Positions 61,894 through 64,000 of a stretch of DNA of 64,000 nt are shown here, piece by piece (position 1 is the first letter of the stretch; each line of letters begins with the position of its first letter). The notes below the pieces were generated by a model. It did no database searches and was not told where the DNA came from. It saw only the letters and a program-made list of their open reading frames with translations. Where the stretch lies: positions 640,001 to 704,000 of the forward strand of contig OZ243927.1 of assembly GCA_965213925.1 (NCBI GenBank), read 5' to 3'. Both the position numbers and the translations under genes were made by a program. Source of the DNA: Trueperaceae bacterium. GTDB taxonomy: Bacteria > Deinococcota > Deinococci > Deinococcales > Trueperaceae.

Positions 61894-62616
61894 TTACAGG
61901 TTGTCCTTGACGGTGAACGCCGCAACGGTCGTTTTTTGAGTTCGCTTAGTGAATGGACGGGTGGGCTGTTCTGCGCCTCTAGCGCCCCTCACCTGCGACC
62001 ATACGAACGCCACGATAAGGCTCAGCGCGAGCATCTCGCCGCCGTCCTCCGTCACTGCCACGCCACGCACCGACGTGTGGAGAAGGGCGCTATGCGCGAG
62101 GTCTAAACCGAGCCCGAAAAAGGCGAGAAACGCGAAGCGGTAGAAGAGGTGCCTCGAGAACCGTTTGACGCCAGGCGCGGCGCGAAGATAGGTGAAGAGC
62201 AGCGCGGCGAACACGACGACCCCCACCGCGCCCCAAACGGTGAACTCACCGAGGTCCCTAGCGCCCAACCCGAACGCGGGCACGAGCCCGAACCACCCTA
62301 TAGCCTCGCCGCCCAGCCTTTCGTGGATGCGCAGCGCGTCGTCGAGGAGCGCGAAGGTGAAGATTCCCGCCCAGACGCCGTAAGTCCAAGCCTTGTGGCG
62401 GGTAAAGAGAACAAGAAGCCCACTTGTAATAAACATGAACTTCAGGTACTGAAAGACTTCTGGTGCGCTGCCGTCCGTGTCAACGCTGAGCCACCAGAAG
62501 GCGTCACCGGATGCGAGCAGGACGCGCAGAACATGCGCCAAAATAAAGAGCGCGTCGAGGCTTAGGAGTAAAAGCAGCAGCTTAGAAAAATGTAGATGAC
62601 GCAGTACCTGGAGCAT
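61894..62616 (-). CDS. hypothetical membrane protein
   Basis: Multi-TM; E.FQYLK, DD...IHE and EDGGEM motifs; AGAAAGG before ATG 62616. Confidence 0.7.
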   Translation of the reverse strand: MLQVLRHLHFSKLLLLLLSLDALFILAHVLRVLLASGDAFWWLSVDTDGSAPEVFQYLKFMFITSGLLVLFTRHKAWTYGVWAGIFTFALLDDALRIHERLGGEAIGWFGLVPAFGLGARDLGEFTVWGAVGVVVFAALLFTYLRAAPGVKRFSRHLFYRFAFLAFFGLGLDLAHSALLHTSVRGVAVTEDGGEMLALSLIVAFVWSQVRGARGAEQPTRPFTKRTQKTTVAAFTVKDNL

Positions 62617-62891
62617 GATGACCTTTCTCGAGACGTTGCAGAGCGTCGGCATGAAGCAGCCGCGGCCCTGCCTGACACTCATCTGACAATTGACCATCAG
62701 TGTAGCTGTGAAATTATCAACATCGCCGGGCAACCGACACGTCTTCACCTTTAGGTTTTCTTAACCTTGTGCTCTGCGAACGTGCTACAAACCTGCGCAA
62801 GCTTGCTTACGGCTCCGTATGCTCAGTCGCAAAAAAGCGTACGGAGCACCCCGCCCTTCCCCCGCAGCCCGTTCATCCCTTATGATGGCGC

Positions 62892-63326
62892 ATGGACAAT
62901 CTCCACGACGAAGTAGCCAGCGCAGACTCGAACGAAACGCCCACCGCCAAGATGGAGCCCTCGACCCTGGGCGGCGTACCGGGCGTCGGTACGCTGCAGG
63001 TGGTCAGGGGTCAGAGGCGCGGTGACATTTTAGAAGTGTTGGGGACGTGGCGGCTCAAAGAGGACGACGAGCAGGACGTGAGCGAGCTGAAAGAGAGGCT
63101 CGAGTCCGGCAAAACCGTCACCTACAAGGGCAAGCTCGACGACCCCGACGAGCCCGAAAAGGACGAGATCGAGGTCGAGGTCAAGATTCTTTCCATCGAG
63201 ACCTACACGTACGAGGGCGAGGAAGAGGACGACGCGGGACCGGAGCGGACGCTCTACAACTACCGCTTGTCAGGCTCGCTTCCTTACATGGATGAAGAGG
63301 AGGACGCGCGGGGGAGTAAGCTTTAA
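62892..63326 (+). CDS. hypothetical acidic protein
   Basis: 144-aa ORF; TATGAT 5 nt upstream of ATG. Confidence 0.65.
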   Translation: MDNLHDEVASADSNETPTAKMEPSTLGGVPGVGTLQVVRGQRRGDILEVLGTWRLKEDDEQDVSELKERLESGKTVTYKGKLDDPDEPEKDEIEVEVKILSIETYTYEGEEEDDAGPERTLYNYRLSGSLPYMDEEEDARGSKL

Positions 63327-63372
63327 GGTAGCCGGCCGCGTCTTCATTCCCAACCCACCGAGAGAAGCTTTC

Positions 63373-64000
63373 CTAGTAAATCTCTGGCACGAACGTCTGG
63401 TCGCTCACCGGCGGGCGGATATAAGAGGTGTTCTCCTGCCTCGGCGGTAACTCTATCGGCTCGGGCGTGAGGTCTTCGTAGTCGATCACGCTCAAGAGGT
63501 GCGAGATGCAGTTGAGCCGCGCCCGCCGCTTCACGTCGGCGTCTACGACGTACCAGGGCGCTTGCTTGATGTCGGTATAGGCGAACATGGTGTCTTTCGC
63601 TCTGGAGTACTCCACCCACTTCTCTCTGGACTCCAAGTCCATCGGCGAGAGCTTCCAGCGTTTGGTGGGGTCTTTGATGCGGGACTGAAAGCGTTTCTCC
63701 TGCTCCTCGGGACTGACCGAGAACCAGTATTTGATGAGGATGATGCCGCTACGCACTAACATACGCTCGAACTCGGGGCAGGAGCGCAGAAACTCCTGAT
63801 ACTCCTCTTCGGTACAAAAGCCCATCACCCGCTCCACGCCCGCGCGGTTATACCAGCTCCGGTCGAATAACACCATCTCACCCGCCGCCGGGAGTTCTTC
63901 GACGTAACGTTGAAAGTACCACTGCGTCTTCTCGCGCTCTGTCGGCGTGCCCAAAGCGACGACGCGGCAAATACGCGGATTCAAGCTCTCCGTAATCCGC
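63373..64000 (-). CDS. ppk2: polyphosphate kinase 2 (3' part; 5' end outside the window)
   Basis: QWYFQRY, FDRSWYNRAGVE, WKLSPMD. Confidence 0.93.
   Translation of the reverse strand, partial: RITESLNPRICRVVALGTPTEREKTQWYFQRYVEELPAAGEMVLFDRSWYNRAGVERVMGFCTEEEYQEFLRSCPEFERMLVRSGIILIKYWFSVSPEEQEKRFQSRIKDPTKRWKLSPMDLESREKWVEYSRAKDTMFAYTDIKQAPWYVVDADVKRRARLNCISHLLSVIDYEDLTPEPIELPPRQENTSYIRPPVSDQTFVPEIY

Overview
Replication-origin region of a Deinococcota chromosome, probably Trueperaceae-like. This is inferred from the dnaA-oriC-dnaN-...-eno-pyk synteny, the Thermus-type MDH and many leaderless -10/ATG starts. The window holds oriC with about 12 DnaA boxes and a Bacillus-like basal unwinding motif, mnmG-rsmG-parA-parB with three parS sites, mfd, aconitase, mdh, hppA, ppk2, a TolC/MFP/MacB-type exporter, a DUF2382/YsnF-Pmp3 stress locus and a siroheme/sulfite reductase/CysH locus. 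The best new candidate is an unannotated 27-codon Cys-rich leader ORF (50243-50326, MKKLVLVDNSVSAVARTFSCCRSLCCS). It lies in a structured leader followed by a C-rich tract, directly upstream of sulfite reductase-cysH, and looks like a cysteine-sensing ribosome attenuator. Other points: strong over-representation of CTCGAG (HIP1-like) and AGAGGT, several REP/MITE-like repeat families, a rod-like candidate ncRNA, a TA/Imm26/NIPSNAP insert between dnaN and eno, and two disrupted genes. All calls come from reading motifs by eye; no database searches were run.
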